Assembly: GCA_012862495.1 (NCBI GenBank)
Contig: BLSG01000228.1
Location: forward strand, 12,696 to 61,319
Source: Thraustochytrium aureum
Taxonomy: Eukaryota
Length of the DNA: 48,624 nucleotides
Direction of reading: 5' to 3'
The translations under genes were made by a program, and so were the position numbers. The notes beneath the pieces are model-generated. The model searched no databases. It was not told the DNA's origin and was given only the letters and a program-made list of their open reading frames with translations. Positions 21,397 through 34,800 of the stretch are shown one piece after another (within the stretch, counting starts at the first letter, position 1; every line of letters begins with the position of its first letter).

Positions 21397-22950
21397 ATGG
21401 GGTGGCGCGATCTCAAGTATGCGCACTGGAACTGGGGCATCATCCGCGTGCTGGACGACTGGGAGAGTCGCGGGTACATGATGACCGGAATCTGTCGCGC
21501 GCTGTTCGCGACCTGGATCGGCGTCTACGGCGTCGTGGCGCTGACCAAGCTTGGCGAGGCCGCGCAAGACTGCACCACCAAGACCGTCAAGCTGGGCGGG
21601 CTCGAGATCCAGACGTCCAGCGTCGTGTCCACCGTCCTCGCCATCGAGGGCGTCTTTAACGCCGTCTTCACGCCGCTCTTTGGCGCCATCGCCGACAGCA
21701 GCTCGCACCGCACGCAACTGTTCCGCGGTACGCTGAGCTTGCTGGCCACCTCGATCCTCGTCCTCGGCGTGCTGCTGTTTTTTGCGGGCGAGACGTGGAC
21801 TCTGCTGGCCGTGGCTGTCGTCTCCATATTCGGCGCGCTGCTTTTTGAGCTGCAGACCGTCCTCCACGCCGCATATTTGCCGGAGCTGACCACGGCCGAG
21901 GACCTGAGGCTAAAGATCAGCGCCAGGTACCACTCGATCGGGTCGTCGATGCAGCTGCTTTTTATTGGCGCGACGCTGGGGCTCACTGTCGTCTCGGGCG
22001 TGTCGGAGGACGGCATCGCTAGCGCGCAGGTCGGCGTTGCCGTTGCCTTTGTTTTATGGGCATTCTGGGCCGTACCGGGCATGGCGCTGCTGGACTCGCG
22101 GCCCAAGACGGCCGAGCAAAAGCAGGCTGCTGGCTTTTGCGGCTTTTACGGCATCTACGTCAACATCCGCCTCTGCCTCACAAAGTACAAGCAGATCGCC
22201 ATCTTCCTGGCGGCCTACTCGTTCTACATCTCGGGCTGCAACGCGCTCGTCAGCCTCGCCACGAGCTACCTCCTTACCGAGCTCGGCATCGGCGGCTTTG
22301 ACATCCAGGTCCTCATCGGCGTGAGCCTCATCTTTACGATCCCCGGTGCGCTACTGAGCACCTGGCTCTGCAAAAAGTTCGGCAACCTCAAGCGCCTCGT
22401 CTTGGCCGTCGTGGGCCTCTGGATCATCATCATTATCACCATCCCGCTCTTCCTGCAGGGCGAGGACGACCCCGACGGCAAGCTGGACCCTTTCAACCCG
22501 TGCTCGCTGGACAGCACGACGGCTGTCAGCCCTCGCAGGCCAAAGGGCTTTTCAGGGATCGCCGTCTACGTCGAGGCCGTCTTTTGGGGTCTCGCTCTGG
22601 GCCTCGTCTATCCGATCAACTGGGCTCTCATGGCCGAGCTGGTTCCCGGGGGATCAGAGGCGGGCTTTTTCGGCCTCAAGACTTTTGCCGGCAAGGTCCT
22701 CTCCTGGAGCCCCCCGCTTCTCTTCACGGTCATCAACGAAGCGACGCTCAACCCGCGCATCGCCATCTGCAGTATGCTGCCGTTCATGGTCATCGGTTTT
22801 ATCCTCCTCTTGTTTCTGGATCTGGAAAAGGGCCGCGAGCAGATCGAAGACACTCTGCACCTTCGGTTCGGCTACGTCGAGGACTTGGAGCAGACCCTCC
22901 CAGGCCTCGCGCAAAAGTCCAACCAGGTCTCGCCGTCCTCAACTATTTGA
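21397..22950 (+). CDS. MFS transporter, Atg22/UMF1-like
   Basis: About 12 hydrophobic segments; TPLFGAIADSSSHR, HAAYLPEL, MAELVPGGSEAGFFGL..FAGKVLSWSPPLLF; single exon. Confidence 0.82.
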   Translation: MGWRDLKYAHWNWGIIRVLDDWESRGYMMTGICRALFATWIGVYGVVALTKLGEAAQDCTTKTVKLGGLEIQTSSVVSTVLAIEGVFNAVFTPLFGAIADSSSHRTQLFRGTLSLLATSILVLGVLLFFAGETWTLLAVAVVSIFGALLFELQTVLHAAYLPELTTAEDLRLKISARYHSIGSSMQLLFIGATLGLTVVSGVSEDGIASAQVGVAVAFVLWAFWAVPGMALLDSRPKTAEQKQAAGFCGFYGIYVNIRLCLTKYKQIAIFLAAYSFYISGCNALVSLATSYLLTELGIGGFDIQVLIGVSLIFTIPGALLSTWLCKKFGNLKRLVLAVVGLWIIIIITIPLFLQGEDDPDGKLDPFNPCSLDSTTAVSPRRPKGFSGIAVYVEAVFWGLALGLVYPINWALMAELVPGGSEAGFFGLKTFAGKVLSWSPPLLFTVINEATLNPRIAICSMLPFMVIGFILLLFLDLEKGREQIEDTLHLRFGYVEDLEQTLPGLAQKSNQVSPSSTI

Positions 22951-24192
22951 GGAGAAAAACCTGCAGCCCATCCCCGGCTGCCCTCGCGAGCCTGGGGCGG
23001 AGGAAGATAACTAAACAAGCCCAGCGGCCTCCCGAGACGATGAGCTGGCCTTCGGCCGCCGGCAGTCGAGCCCCGCAGGCTCTGGGGCGGGCGTCTGTCT
23101 GCCCGCATCCAGAATGAAAAAACCTTGCCAATCCCAAAGCCAAAGGAAAGTAAACACCTCAACTCGCTTCTTCAGTCGACCTCCGCCAGCTCCCATGCGC
23201 ACTGGAGAAGAGAACACCAGTGGTATCACTGCAGTAAGGCAAGGCAGGCAGCACGTGCGCGGCCCACAGTCCTGCCTGCGCGCGAGTCGTCAAGGCACCT
23301 CGTTCGCTGCATGATATGGACAATCCACCCGCGACCATGCCGCAACAGCGGCCAGCCCTGCCGGCCCGCTTCGCAAGCTGGCGTCCGTGCGTGCGTGCGG
23401 CAACCGGTGGATCGAGCAGCGCTCGTCAGCCACACCGCAGGAAGTGCGCGCGACCAGCGCCCACGGCCTGTGGCACATAGCCAAGTCTTGCATGCTCAAG
23501 CCGACAACAGGCGCCTGCAGAATCAACCAATCGCATGCGCCGCCAGAACAGATCCGTCGCGTACGACATACGCACGAGTAGGTACCGACCGGCAAGTTGG
23601 CGACCGGTCCGTGCGCAGCCGCGCGCGAGAGTGGTGGTGATCAATCCATCTTCCCATGCCTTGACATCGTACAAGTAACAAAGACCACCGAAGCCTGGCC
23701 AGGATGCCATCGACTCGAGCAGCCAGGCCGGCCATCCAAGGCAACGCCGGGACCTGGGAAGACGTGGAGCTAGCGCACAGACGGTCTCGGACGGCGCTGT
23801 CCGTCTCCGAGCGCCGGAGGAGCCACGGAGGAGCTCGAGCTCGAGCTCCATCGTCCCGCTGCGAGTCGTCCCGCTCGGCGTTGAACCGAGGTCCACCCGA
23901 CATGTTGATTGAAAGAAAGGGCCGACAGTGCCACAACGCGGGCGCCAATTCGCGCGAACNNNNNNNNNNNNNNNNNNNNNNNNNNNNNNNNNNNNNNNNN
24001 NNNNNNNNNNNNNNNNNNNNNNNNNNNNNNNNNNNNNNNNNNNNNNNNNNNNNNNNNNNNNNNNNNNNNNNNNNNNNNNNNNNNNNNNNNNNNNNNNNNN
24101 NNNNNNNNNNNNNNNNNNNNNNNNNNNNNNNNNNNNNNNNNNNNNNNNNNNNNNNNNNNNNNNNNNNNNNNNNNNNNNNNNNNNNNNNNCGG

Positions 24193-27100
24193 ATGGCCAG
24201 CGTCGCGGAGGAAGCCGGGGCCGGCAGGCCGGCAGGCGCGCGAAAGGAGCGGTCCGAAAGGGGCAACGGGCGGTGGCGGTCCATGCCGAGCATCCTGTTC
24301 TCGCGCAAGTCGGAGCCGGAACTCGATGTCGCCGAATCCGGCGAGGCGAACGCGCTCGAGCTCGGGCAAAGGCAGCCGGGGGTTGTGGTGTACAACGGGG
24401 TGGCTGTGAATCAGCACGAAGGGTACGACATCGAACACGTCGGATGCCTGTCCTCGCTGTTCATGTCGTGGATCACCTCGCTGATCCGCGTCGGATACCG
24501 CCAAACGCAGCTGGAGACCGACGACCTGTGGCGCCTGAGGTCAGTCGACGACCCTGACCCCCTCGCAGAGCAGCTTGCCAAGCAGTTCGAGACGTTGCGC
24601 TCCGAAGACGGGAAGCGGCTCCGGTCTGACGCCATCTTTCGCGCTGCATTTCGCATGTTTTATTGGGACCTCGTGTGTAGCGGTCTGCTCGAGCTCGGGT
24701 TTTCGGCACTGCGGTTTGCAGGGCCGATCCTCTTGCGCGAGCTCGTCCTCGCCCTCCAAGATGGAACCGCGAACGGGCCGCGTGGATACCTCCTGGGCTT
24801 TGGCCTTTTCCTCGCCCAGGCGCTGTCGACGATCTGCCAGTCGCACTCGCGGTTCATATCGGTCTCGATCGGGCTGCGCTTGAAGAACGCGCTGAGCCTG
24901 ACAACGTTCAAGCACGTCCTGCGCCTCGACCAAGAGGGCAAGCAGCAGCTTAGCAACGGCAAGGTTGTCAACCTGCTTAGCACGGACGCGCAGGTCGCGG
25001 TCGAGTTTATGCGGCTGTGGAACAGGTTCTGGACGGCCCCGATCGTCTTGCTAGCCGGTGTCGCCTACATCTACGTGTACGTCGGCGTCTCGGTGTTCTT
25101 TGGCGTGCTGCTCATGGCCAGCTTCGTGCCCCTCTCGATATCGTTCGGCAAAGTCCAGACAAAGTTTCAGCGCCGCAAGATGGCGCAGACGGACGTGCGC
25201 GTAAAGCTCGTCAACGAGATGATGCTGGGCATCAAGGTCCTCAAGCTCAACGCGTGGGAGCGCCCTCTCCTCGCCGTGCTAAACAAGGTCCGCGACGTCG
25301 AGATGGTCGCGATTCGGCGCTTGCACTTTTACCGCGGGATCACCATGCCGTTCGCTATCGCCATTCCCAATATTGCCTCTGTGGTCACCTTTGCGGCATT
25401 CATCCTCCTCGGGAACCAGGTCACGCCAGCCGACACGTTCGCCGTGGTCTCTGCGTTTGTCACCATCCGCGCCCCGTTCGTGACCCTTCCACTCGCGATC
25501 AGCATGATTTCGCGCGCCTTGGTCAGCAGCCGCCGCTTTGCGGACTTTTTCTCTCTCGGGACCGTGGACCACGACAGCACTTTGGAGGACGGCTCTGAGG
25601 GCCGCGAGGACGCTGCCATGGGACAGATGCCTTCGGCTCTTTCCATGCGCTTTGACCAAGACGGCCCGAAGGACCACGCCGCCTCTGATGACAACACGCC
25701 TGGCGGCCCCCTTTTGTCGCCGCTCAAGCCCCCCGCCGCGGCAGATGGCGGCCAGGAGTTTGCAATCGTCGCAGAAGCGGCGTTCTTCTCGTGGTCCTTT
25801 AGCCAGCCCGAGGCCGGTGACGCCAAGGTGGCGCTCACGGCACCCGCTCCTGGAGGGCAGGCGCGGGGGGCGTGCCGGCCAGTGCGCAAGCTGTCACTCC
25901 CGGTGACGGCCCGGCGCCCTTCCGGCTGCAAAACATCAGNNNNNNNNNNNNNNNNNNNNNNNNNNNNNNNNNNNNNNNNNNNNNNNNNNNNNNNNNNNNN
26001 NNNNNNNNNNNNNNNNNNNNNNNNNNNNNNNNNNNNNNNNNNNNNNCGCGAGGCGAGCTCGTCGGCGTGATCGGGCGGATCGGCGACGGCAAGTCGTCGC
26101 TCATTTCCGCAGCCTTGGGGGAGATGCGCACAGAGTCTGGCGACTTGACCGTCAAGGGCAGGCTCGCGCTCTGCACCCAGGAGCCGTTCATCATGAACCG
26201 CACCGTGCGCGAGAACATCCTGTTTGAGCTCCCCTTCGACGAGAAACGCTACAATCAAACCTTGGAGGCATGCGCGCTCGTCTCGGACCTCGCCATCCTC
26301 CCGGCCTCGGACCTGACGGAGATCGGCGAGCGCGGCGTCAACGTAAGCGGGGGCCAGAAGGCGCGAATCGCGCTCGCCCGCGCCGTCTACGCGCAACCTG
26401 ACGTCGTGCTCCTGGACGACCCGCTCAGCGCCGTAGACGCGCACGTGGGCAAACACATCTTCAACCACTGCATCAGCAACAACGAGGGCTCTGTCCTGCG
26501 CGGGTCCACGCGGATCTTCGTCACGAACCAGCTCCACCTGCTCGAGCAGATGGACCGAATCCTTCTGATGAAAGACGGCTGCATCGTCGAGCAGGGGACC
26601 TTTGCTGAGATTATGGCTCGCGAGACTAGCCTGATCAAGGAGCTGCAGCAGCAGCACGCCCTCGCTGGCGACGACGAGGTCTCGCTGGAAGAGAGCGCGG
26701 CCGAGGAGGAAGGAGACAGGCTGACCGAGCTCCCGCCAGCCCCGAAAGGCACCTCGAGGCAAAGGACCAAGGGCCTTGCGAGCGACCTTGGCGTGTCATC
26801 CATTCGCTTGGAAGATGATTCCGTAGAGACCAAAGCGAAGCGAAAGGGCATGCTCATCGACGCCGAGGGCCGCGAGGAGGGCCAGATCGGGCTGCGCGTG
26901 ATTTCCTCGTACTGGCTCGCAGGCTCACGCGGGTCCTATGTTCTGGCGTTCATGGTGCTGGCCAGCTTTCTCGTCACCGAGGGCGTGTTTCTCAGCATCG
27001 ACAGCTGGCTCGCATTCTATTCGCAGGAGGAGCCTGGCACGACCTCGGAGAAGGCGTTTCTTGGCATCTATGTCGGCCTGACGGTGGCCTTCTTTGTGGT

Positions 27101-28770
27101 GCTCATGGCGCGCGCCCTCGTCTACGCCGCCTTTTCGGTACGCGCATGCCGGGTGCTCTACTACCGACTGCAGAACAACGTGTTTTACTTGCCGATGGAG
27201 TTTTTCTGGCAGACTCCACTGGGCCGCGTGCTCAACCGGCTCTCCAAGGACACGAATGACTGTGACGTGATGCTGCCCGAGCAAATGCAGTGGCTCATCA
27301 TGACCCTGGTGCGCGTCATTGGAGTGCTCTGCATCATCAGCTTTACCGTGCCCGTCTTTCTCGTCGCGATCGTGCCATTCTTTCTCATCTACTTTGGAAT
27401 CCGCGAGTACTACCGCCGCACCTCGGTCAGCGCCCAGCGCATTGAATCGGTGCTGCGCAGTCCAGTGTACAGCCACCTCGGAGAGACGCTGCAGGGTGTG
27501 TCGACGATCAAGGCGTTCAAGCGCTCGGGGCCGTGGTTGCGCGTCGCAAGCTCGCTGATCGGGCTCAATCACCGGGCCCACTTTGCCGTGGAGACGATTC
27601 AGATCTGGCTCTCGATGCGGCTCGAGTTTCTCGGGGCGCTCATCGTCTTCGTGACGGCGATCTGCATCGTCGCGACAGACGCCGACCCCGGCCTGGCCGG
27701 GCTCGCGCTGGCCTACTCGCTCAACGTGATCATCAACCTCAATATGTCTGTGCAAATGGCGACGCAAGTGGAGTCGAAAATGAACGCGGTGGAGCGCATG
27801 ATCGAGTACAGCGAGCTCGAGAGTGAGCGCACGCTGTCTGGCAGTGCGGCCCCGGAGGGCTGGCCCGCGCGCGGCGACCTGAGCCTCGAGGGCGTCACGC
27901 TGAGCTACCGGGCCAACCTCGAGCCGGCCATCAAGGGCGTGTCCATCGAGGTCCCAGCAGGGACCAAGGTGGCTATCGTTGGTGCCACCGGAAGCGGTAA
28001 GAGCACGCTCATGGTCGCCCTTTTCCGGCTTGCGCCGCTCTCGGCGGGGCGGATCACCCTGGACGGCGTCGATATTGGCACAGTCGACCTTCACGACGTG
28101 CGGGCCGCCATTACCTGCATCCCCCAGGACCCGGTGTTGTTCACAAGCTCGCTGCGGAAAAACCTCGACCCTTTCGACGCGTACGACGACGCGGCCATCT
28201 GGGATGCGATTGAAAAGACGCACTTGCGCAAGACGGTGGAAGCGCTCCCGAACGGGATTGAATCGGTCATTTCAGAGGGCGGCTCAAACCTGAGCCTCGG
28301 GGAGCGCCAGTTGGTAAGTTCTTTCGCGGAGGGTGCTGGTGCACGTGGGCTGGTGCTAACGGAGGTCTTGCTTCGATATGCGCAGGTCTGTATTGCGCGC
28401 GCGGTGCTGCGCCAGTCCCGCATAATTATGCTGGACGAGGCCACTGCCAGCATTGACAGGGAGACGGATGCTCTGATCCAGAACAGCATTAGGACGAGCT
28501 TTCAAGGGTGCACGATTCTTGTCATCGCCCACCGTACGTTTTCGCTTCCCTTTGGCTTGCATTGCGCTCAATCGTTTCGCCTCGCGCTTGTGCTCTTGCG
28601 GCATCGCTGACGAGGAACCTTGCGCAGGGCTCGAGACTGTGCTGGACTTGGACTTGGCCCTTGTTATGGATGGTGGACGAGTAGCCGAGTTTGACCGCAT
28701 CCCTCGGCTCCTGGAGAACAAGGAGGGCAAGCTGTCCAAGCTGGTCGAGGCTGCGAACTCGGCCCACTAG
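24193..28770 (+). CDS. ABC transporter subfamily C (MRP-like), TMD-NBD-TMD-NBD; frameshift at G6 25865-25870, gap 25940-26046, two introns
   Basis: SSLFMSWITSLIRVG lasso motif. NBD1: GRIGDGKSS, TEIGERGVNVSGGQKARIALARAVY, LLDDPLSAVDAHVG. NBD2: GATGSGKST, IPQDPVLF, NLSLGERQL|VCIARA, MLDEATASID, IAHR|LETV once the introns are removed. Confidence 0.95.
28314..28385 (+). other. spliceosomal intron, 72 bp (in frame, stop-free), in the ABCC gene
   Basis: GTAAGT donor, GCTAAC branch point, CGCAG acceptor; removal restores ERQL-VCIARA. Confidence 0.92.
28534..28627 (+). other. spliceosomal intron, 94 bp, in the ABCC gene
   Basis: GTACGT donor, GCTGAC branch point, CGCAG acceptor; removal restores the H-loop IAHR-LETVLDLD. 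Confidence 0.92.
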
Positions 28771-30187
28771 CTCGGCCCATTCTCTACTAGAGAGTTAGAG
28801 AGAGAGAGAGCTAAATCTCTGCTAGAGCTCGGCTCAAGCGCCATGTACCAAGTTTAAAGTGTCTCCCCCGTCGCTGCCGCGTTGCCCCCCCCGGCCCCTT
28901 GTCATGTCCTGCTCTAGCGGGCCTCTGCGCTCTCTACGTAGACAACGTCTTGGTGAGCGCAAGTGGCGCCGAAAGGGCTCGGCACAGCGCGCCCCAGGAC
29001 GCCGCAATGCAGCCCGTCAAGCCAGTAGCTCAAGAGTTCGAGCAAGCTCATGCAACTGCGTCCAGGCCTGCCTTCACCTGGCGCGCAGCAATCAAAGCTG
29101 GGTTCCATTCCTTGGCGCCGCAGACAAATCAGCGCGTCTCTCTCAAGCGGCTTTCCACAGAGCAGACAGCGTCCGCAGCCCAGCCAAGCCGACCCCGAGT
29201 GAGGCGCGTACGTACGAACGAGCAAGCCCGTAAACTGCACGGTGTCAAAAACGTTGCAACGGAGAAGAAGACCTAACAGACTCAAGCTGCCTGCTCCCAA
29301 AGGCAGCCTGTCACTGGCCACCTCCGCGCGCGACGGAAGCCGCGCGCTGAAGCCGTCGCGCGCTGAAGCGCCTCGTCAAAACCGTCCACAAACCCATCCC
29401 AAAGTCTGAAGATGGCGAAGAGCCCAACGAACGACAGATGCTGACCTCCCGTTGGCCTTAAGGCGGCGCGAAGGCGAGCGAATAGATTGCACATGGCCGG
29501 TCTCCCGACGTACTCGGTCCATTGACGCGAGCGCGCCCAAGGCGGGACGGACGCCGACATTCGCTTCTTTTTCGTTGTCTTCCAACGGGTCTTGCGAAAC
29601 GCAACCACCGGAACGCTTTTCGTTGGGGCGAAGCCCTCCATCCAATCGCAGACACCCAACGAGGCCATCCATCATCGCAGCGGCGTCGCGCGCGAGGAAG
29701 GAAGACAGGCAGGAAGGCGCCCGAGGGACTGTGTACGAGGCTGCGCGGCCCATCGTGGTCGTCCTGTGTGTCTGTCTGTCGTCGCTGTTGCAGGCGCTGT
29801 AGTTGCCGCTTCGTGCGTGCGTGGTGCACTTGCCAGGTGTCCTTCCTGGTCGGTGGACGACGACGTCCAAGTCCACGGGGTCGTGCTGGTTTAGCGATCG
29901 GAGCAGGGCTGCGGCGGCTGNNNNNNNNNNNNNNNNNNNNNNNNNNNNNNNNNNNNNNNNNNNNNNNNNNNNNNNNNNNNNNNNNNNNNNNNNNNNNNNN
30001 NNNNNNNNNNNNNNNNNNNNNNNNNNNNNNNNNNNNNNNNNNNNNNNNNNNNNNNNNNNNNNNNNNNNNNNNNNNNNNNNNNNNNNNNNNNNNNNNNNNN
30101 NNNNNNNNNNNNNNNNNNNNNNNNNNNNNNNNNNNNNNNNNNNNNNNNNNNNNNNNNNNNNNNNNNNNNNNNNNNNNNNNNNNNNAA

Positions 30188-31673
30188 ATGGGGTCTGTGA
30201 AGGCCTCGAAACGAGGGCCGCAAACAGCCGCTGCGAAGGGCAAGGCGGACAAGGGCAAGGTCGCCGACAAGGGCAAGGTCGCCGACAAGGGCAAGCCCGC
30301 GGGGAAGGGCAAGGCGAGAAAGGCTGACGCGCAGGCTGAAGGGCACGAGCCCGTCGTGGTGGACCTCGGCGACCGCAAAGTGCAGGTGAGCGTCGACGCG
30401 GACGACGCCTTCTTCGCGCAGCGGCTGGACCTGGTGCCGGCGAAACTCTACCTCCCGCACGAGACGGCCGAAGACGACGACACCTGGATTGCGCGCAAGT
30501 TTCGCAAAAACAGCAAGGGCGAGGCCCCCAAGCAAGCGATCAAGGACGCGACCAAGAAGGCGAAGAAGCGGCAAAAGTTTGCGGAGGCGGCAGATGGCGC
30601 CGTGCCCAACGCGACCGTGATCGAAGAGCACATCGCGAAGGAGGGCGCCCTCGCTGGCGTCCCGAGCGCCGCTTCTGTCAAGGTGACACCTGCGAAAAAC
30701 NTCGAGGAGCTCCGCGAGCGGCTCGCTCAGAAACTGCAAGGCATGCGAGGATCCCGCACGAGCGAAAAGCCCCACAAGATTGCTGCTGCCGAGTCGCGGC
30801 CGAGCCGCGACGATCTGCGCAAGTCGAAGAAGGACAAGACCAAGCAAGCCAAGAAGAACAAGCGGGACGCCGCCACCGCACTGGGCGGCGACGACAAGGA
30901 CGCTGCCGCCGGCGAGAGCAGCGACGAAGAGGACGACGAGCGCGCCCGCGAAGAACAAGAGCGCGCGCTGCGCGAAAAGGTGGCTCAGTCAATCATCGGG
31001 AGCAAGTCGCGCGGCGGGGTGGAGGGAGAAGATCAGTTTCGGTCCGCTCGCCAACGCGGACGAGGACGTGGTCGAGTCCGCAAAGGGCCACAAGGGGTCG
31101 TACACGAAGCCAGAGGAACGCAAGGGCCCCGGGAAGCGAAACATGCTCAATGTGAAGCGCATGCTCAAGCAGGCAGAGGAAAACAAGGCCCTCATCGAGG
31201 AATTGAAGAAGAGCAGCAACCCGGAGGACGTCGAGCGGGCCAAGGACGCCGGGTGGGAAAAGCTGGAGAAGAAGGCGGCAGGCGAGCGAGTTCCGGAGCC
31301 AAAGCACCTGAAGAAGGCGATCAAGCGCATCGAGCGCCAAAAGAAGAAGAGCACCGAGGCGTGGGACCGGCGCATCCACGCCGAGAAGGAGGCGATCACA
31401 GAGCGACTCGACAAGCGCGACGCGAACATTGCCAAGCGCAACAAAGAGCGCGTCGAAGCCAAGCTCAAGCGCAAGGGCATCGTGCTCGAGTCCGACAAGA
31501 AGGACGAAGATGGCGAGCCGCGGTCGCGCCGCAAGCGGCCCGGGTTTGAGGGCCAGCACTCGGGTTTTCTGAATGGGGACGAGGGGGACAGCGGCAAGGG
31601 CGGCAAGGGCGGCGGGGACAAGCGCGGCAAGGGCGAAAAGTCGCCGGCAAAGCGGGCCAGGAAATCGAAATGA
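30188..31673 (+). CDS. SURF6: SURF6/Rrp14 nucleolar ribosome biogenesis protein; +1 frameshift at about 31016-31026
   Basis: Rrp14 N-domain DAFFAQRLDLVPAKLYL; EELRERLAQKL; SURF6 C-domain LKKAIKRIERQKKKSTEAWDRR...KRDANIAKR...RPGFEG; Lys-rich; short KGKVAD repeats at the N-terminus. Confidence 0.9.
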
Positions 31674-31833
31674 TCATGTACCTCTAGCTTGCTAGCGTGA
31701 CGCGAGCTTGCTCGGCGCCGCCAGAGGCGCCCCTGTTTTGATCTCGAGCCGAACGGCACCCGAATAACGACACCCCTTTGCTTGCGCTGTACAGCAAACT
31801 GACTCTGTTCCCGCGTCCCCCCCACGCACAGCC

Positions 31834-34800
31834 TCACTCGGCTGCTCTTGCTTGCGCCTTGACTGCGTCCGTGTCTGCGTCTGGCGGCGCGATCTGACCG
31901 CTCGCTGGAGGAGGCTCATCCAGCGCCCGCGAAGCCCTGGCCAGTGTCGTGCTCGACATGCGGCTCTCCATCTGCCTAGCCCGAGCTCGGTCGTGGTGGC
32001 CCTCTGGGCACGCCGCGCAGAGGTGGACGGCCTTGCGAAGCACGGACGAGGCGCGCGCGTCTTGCCGACGTGTGAGCGCAACGCCCACGTTCCACGTCCA
32101 TGAGCTGAGGTACCCGCGGGCCGACTCGGTGAAGAATCGCTGCTCGCCCCGCCCAGCCGCTTCTTGCAGCCTGAGCGCCTGGTCGGCCCAGGCCAGCCCG
32201 TCGTCGTCCGAGTCGCTCAGTTTGACGAGCATGACGAGGGCCTTGCCGACGCTCGCCATGCAAGGCTGCGCTTGCGCCACTTGGTGCTGCAGAACACCTC
32301 GAAACAGTTCGCGGGACTCTGCCGTGCGGCCCAGCGCCTGCAGGAATAGGGCGAGCTGGAGCATTTTGTGCGTGCCGAGCTGCGCCGTCATGGTCGCGAG
32401 GTCGCGGGCCGCTTGAGGGATGGCCGCATTCTCGGGTTTGGGCGGCAGCTGGTCAACGTCGCTCTCGCGAAGAACCATGCAAACGAATGCAGCGACGGCG
32501 ACGACGCGCTCTGCGGCGGGCGGTCTCGTCTCGCTGCCCGAGTCTGCGCAGTGCCGCAGCGCGATCTCAAGCCGCTCGAGCGCGCGCTGTGCTCGAGCTT
32601 CTTGGCGGACTTGTGCCGCGGAGACCTGGACTTGGGACGCCGCCGCGGCGGGCTCGGCGCCGAGGGAAAACCCGTCGACGACCCTGTCCAGGAGGTAGTC
32701 GGTCAAGCACGCTGCCGAACAGGCTGCGGCGGTCGAGCCGCGGCGTCGGTCGCTCTGCTGGTCCTCTGCGGAAGCGCCGCTGCGCGCGGCCAGGGTAAAC
32801 GAGAGCTGGCTGCAAAAGAAGAACAGGTCGCCCTGAGTGGCGGCGCGACAGCCTGCGCCCGCGGGAACGAGCGCGGCAGAGCCTGCAACGAGCCTCGCGA
32901 GCGACCACGCACAGGCGCGAAGCCAGACTGCGCACTCCAAGGCGTGCGAGGAGGCGCCTCCTTTCCCGACTGGTGAAAGTCCGTCGTGGGCGGGCGCGGC
33001 TCGTTCGAGGTATGTTGCGAGGTCCGAGGAGACCGTCTCGAGCGTCTCTATGAGGCGGCCGTCGAGGTCGCGGGCTGCGACGCGCGCTTGGCCGTCGTAA
33101 ACGAGCGCCGTGGGCGAAACCCCTGCCAACGTGAGCCGCAACGCCACGAGGTGGTCGGTCCACTGCGCCTCGCGCTCGCAGAGGGCCTCTAGCAGGGTGA
33201 GCGCCGCGGGGAGGATGCCCCGCGCGAGGGCAAGCTGCGCGCAGTAGGCGACGTCGCGCGGCGTCGCCGCAGGGCTCTGCACGATCTGCGCTAGTTGAGC
33301 AGCTGCGACGTCGTCGTCTCCGAGGCAGAGCGCAGCTTCAAAGCCCGCGCACAGCGCACGAACCAATGCCACGCTGTGCGAGTGGTCATGCGGGTTTGAA
33401 AGGAGGTCGCTCGCGCTTGCAGCGTGCCGAGCTGCGCGTCTGTAGAGCGGCTCTGCTCGGCCCGCTTGCTCGGCGTGCGCTGGCTCCCTCGCGTTGCCAG
33501 CCTTTGCCTTAGCGAGAATGTTTTCCGCCAGAGTCGCGTGGGCGTAGCCGAGGAGGACTGGGTCTGCCTTTGCAAATTCGACCAAGTACTCAGCTGTGGT
33601 GATCGCTCCGTCCGGGTCGCTCAGATCGACCTGCTGCCGCTCCAGGCGCTCCCACAGTATCGAGGTGACGGTGTCCAGGTCGGCGGGATCCAGATCACAC
33701 CCGACGAGGCCTTCGAAAATGACGGTGTTGATTAATGGGCTCTCAGGGTCCAGCAAGCGCAGGAGCTCGAGGCGCACTTGGGCCTGCAGCTGAGTAGAAG
33801 CCCCTAGGCAAGCTTCTGCCGCAAGGTACGTCCTGCGCACGGTGGCTTCGCCAAACCCGAGCACCTCGCAGACCTGCCGCGCACACATGCGAAGGCACTG
33901 CGCCACCTGGGTGTTGTACTCTGCGGCCGCGCAATGCAGCGAGCCCGGCGCAACGGCGGGCGACTCGACCTCGCTCGCAGTAGTGGCCCGCTTGCCTGCC
34001 CGGGAGCAGAGCTGGTCAAACGCCTCAAGCACGCGCTCCTTGGCTGCGATGAGGCGCACAGACGCGGGCCGCGCGTGGGAGGGGCCTCGCGTCTCGGTGT
34101 CGCTGGCAAGCGGGTCGTCTTCCGCCATCTCGAGGTCAGCGTCGTCGCTCGGTGTTGGACTCGTGCTGGCTTGTGCGCGCGGATCCTGCGACTCCTCGCC
34201 GAGAGCCTGCGCAGCCTGAGTCTCGGCGGCGAGCTCTGCAAGGGCCAGCTTGACGCGCACTGCGCCTTCGGAGAGCGCGTGAAGGTGAACCGCTTGCGCC
34301 CCTCGCTCTTGTGTCATTAATCCGCCGTTCTCCGCAGCGAGCTGGTCCCACTCCAAGCGGAGCGCCTCGGCAAATCGGGCTGGGCGCTCCTGTCGAAGGC
34401 GGTGCGCTTGGTCGAGCGTTGCGTAGGCCAGGGCGCGATCGCCCGTCGCGATCTGGAGCTCGGCCATGATGAGAAGGTCGTGCAGGCCGGCCACATCGGT
34501 CGGCGGCCCTGTCTCGTACAGGGTGTGAAGGAGCGCAAGCGCATCTNNNNNNNNNNNNNNNNNNNNNNNNNNNNNNNNNNNNNNNNNNNNNNNNNNNNNN
34601 NNNNNNNNNNNNNNNNNNNNNNNNNNNNNNNNNNNNNNNNNNNNNNNNNNNNNNNNNNNNNNNNNNNNNNNNNNNNNNNNNNNNNNNNNNNNNNNNNNNN
34701 NNNNNNNNNNNNNNTGTGAAGGAGCGCAAGCGCATCTGGAAGGCAGCACCTGGCCTCATAGAGCGCTCGAGACAGCGAGCGGACCACCTGGCGCACCTTG

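Noticed and set aside
28860..29920. short ORFs between the ABCC and SURF6 genes
   Set aside because: No recognisable domain and no consistent coding frame; could be decayed fragments but cannot be supported
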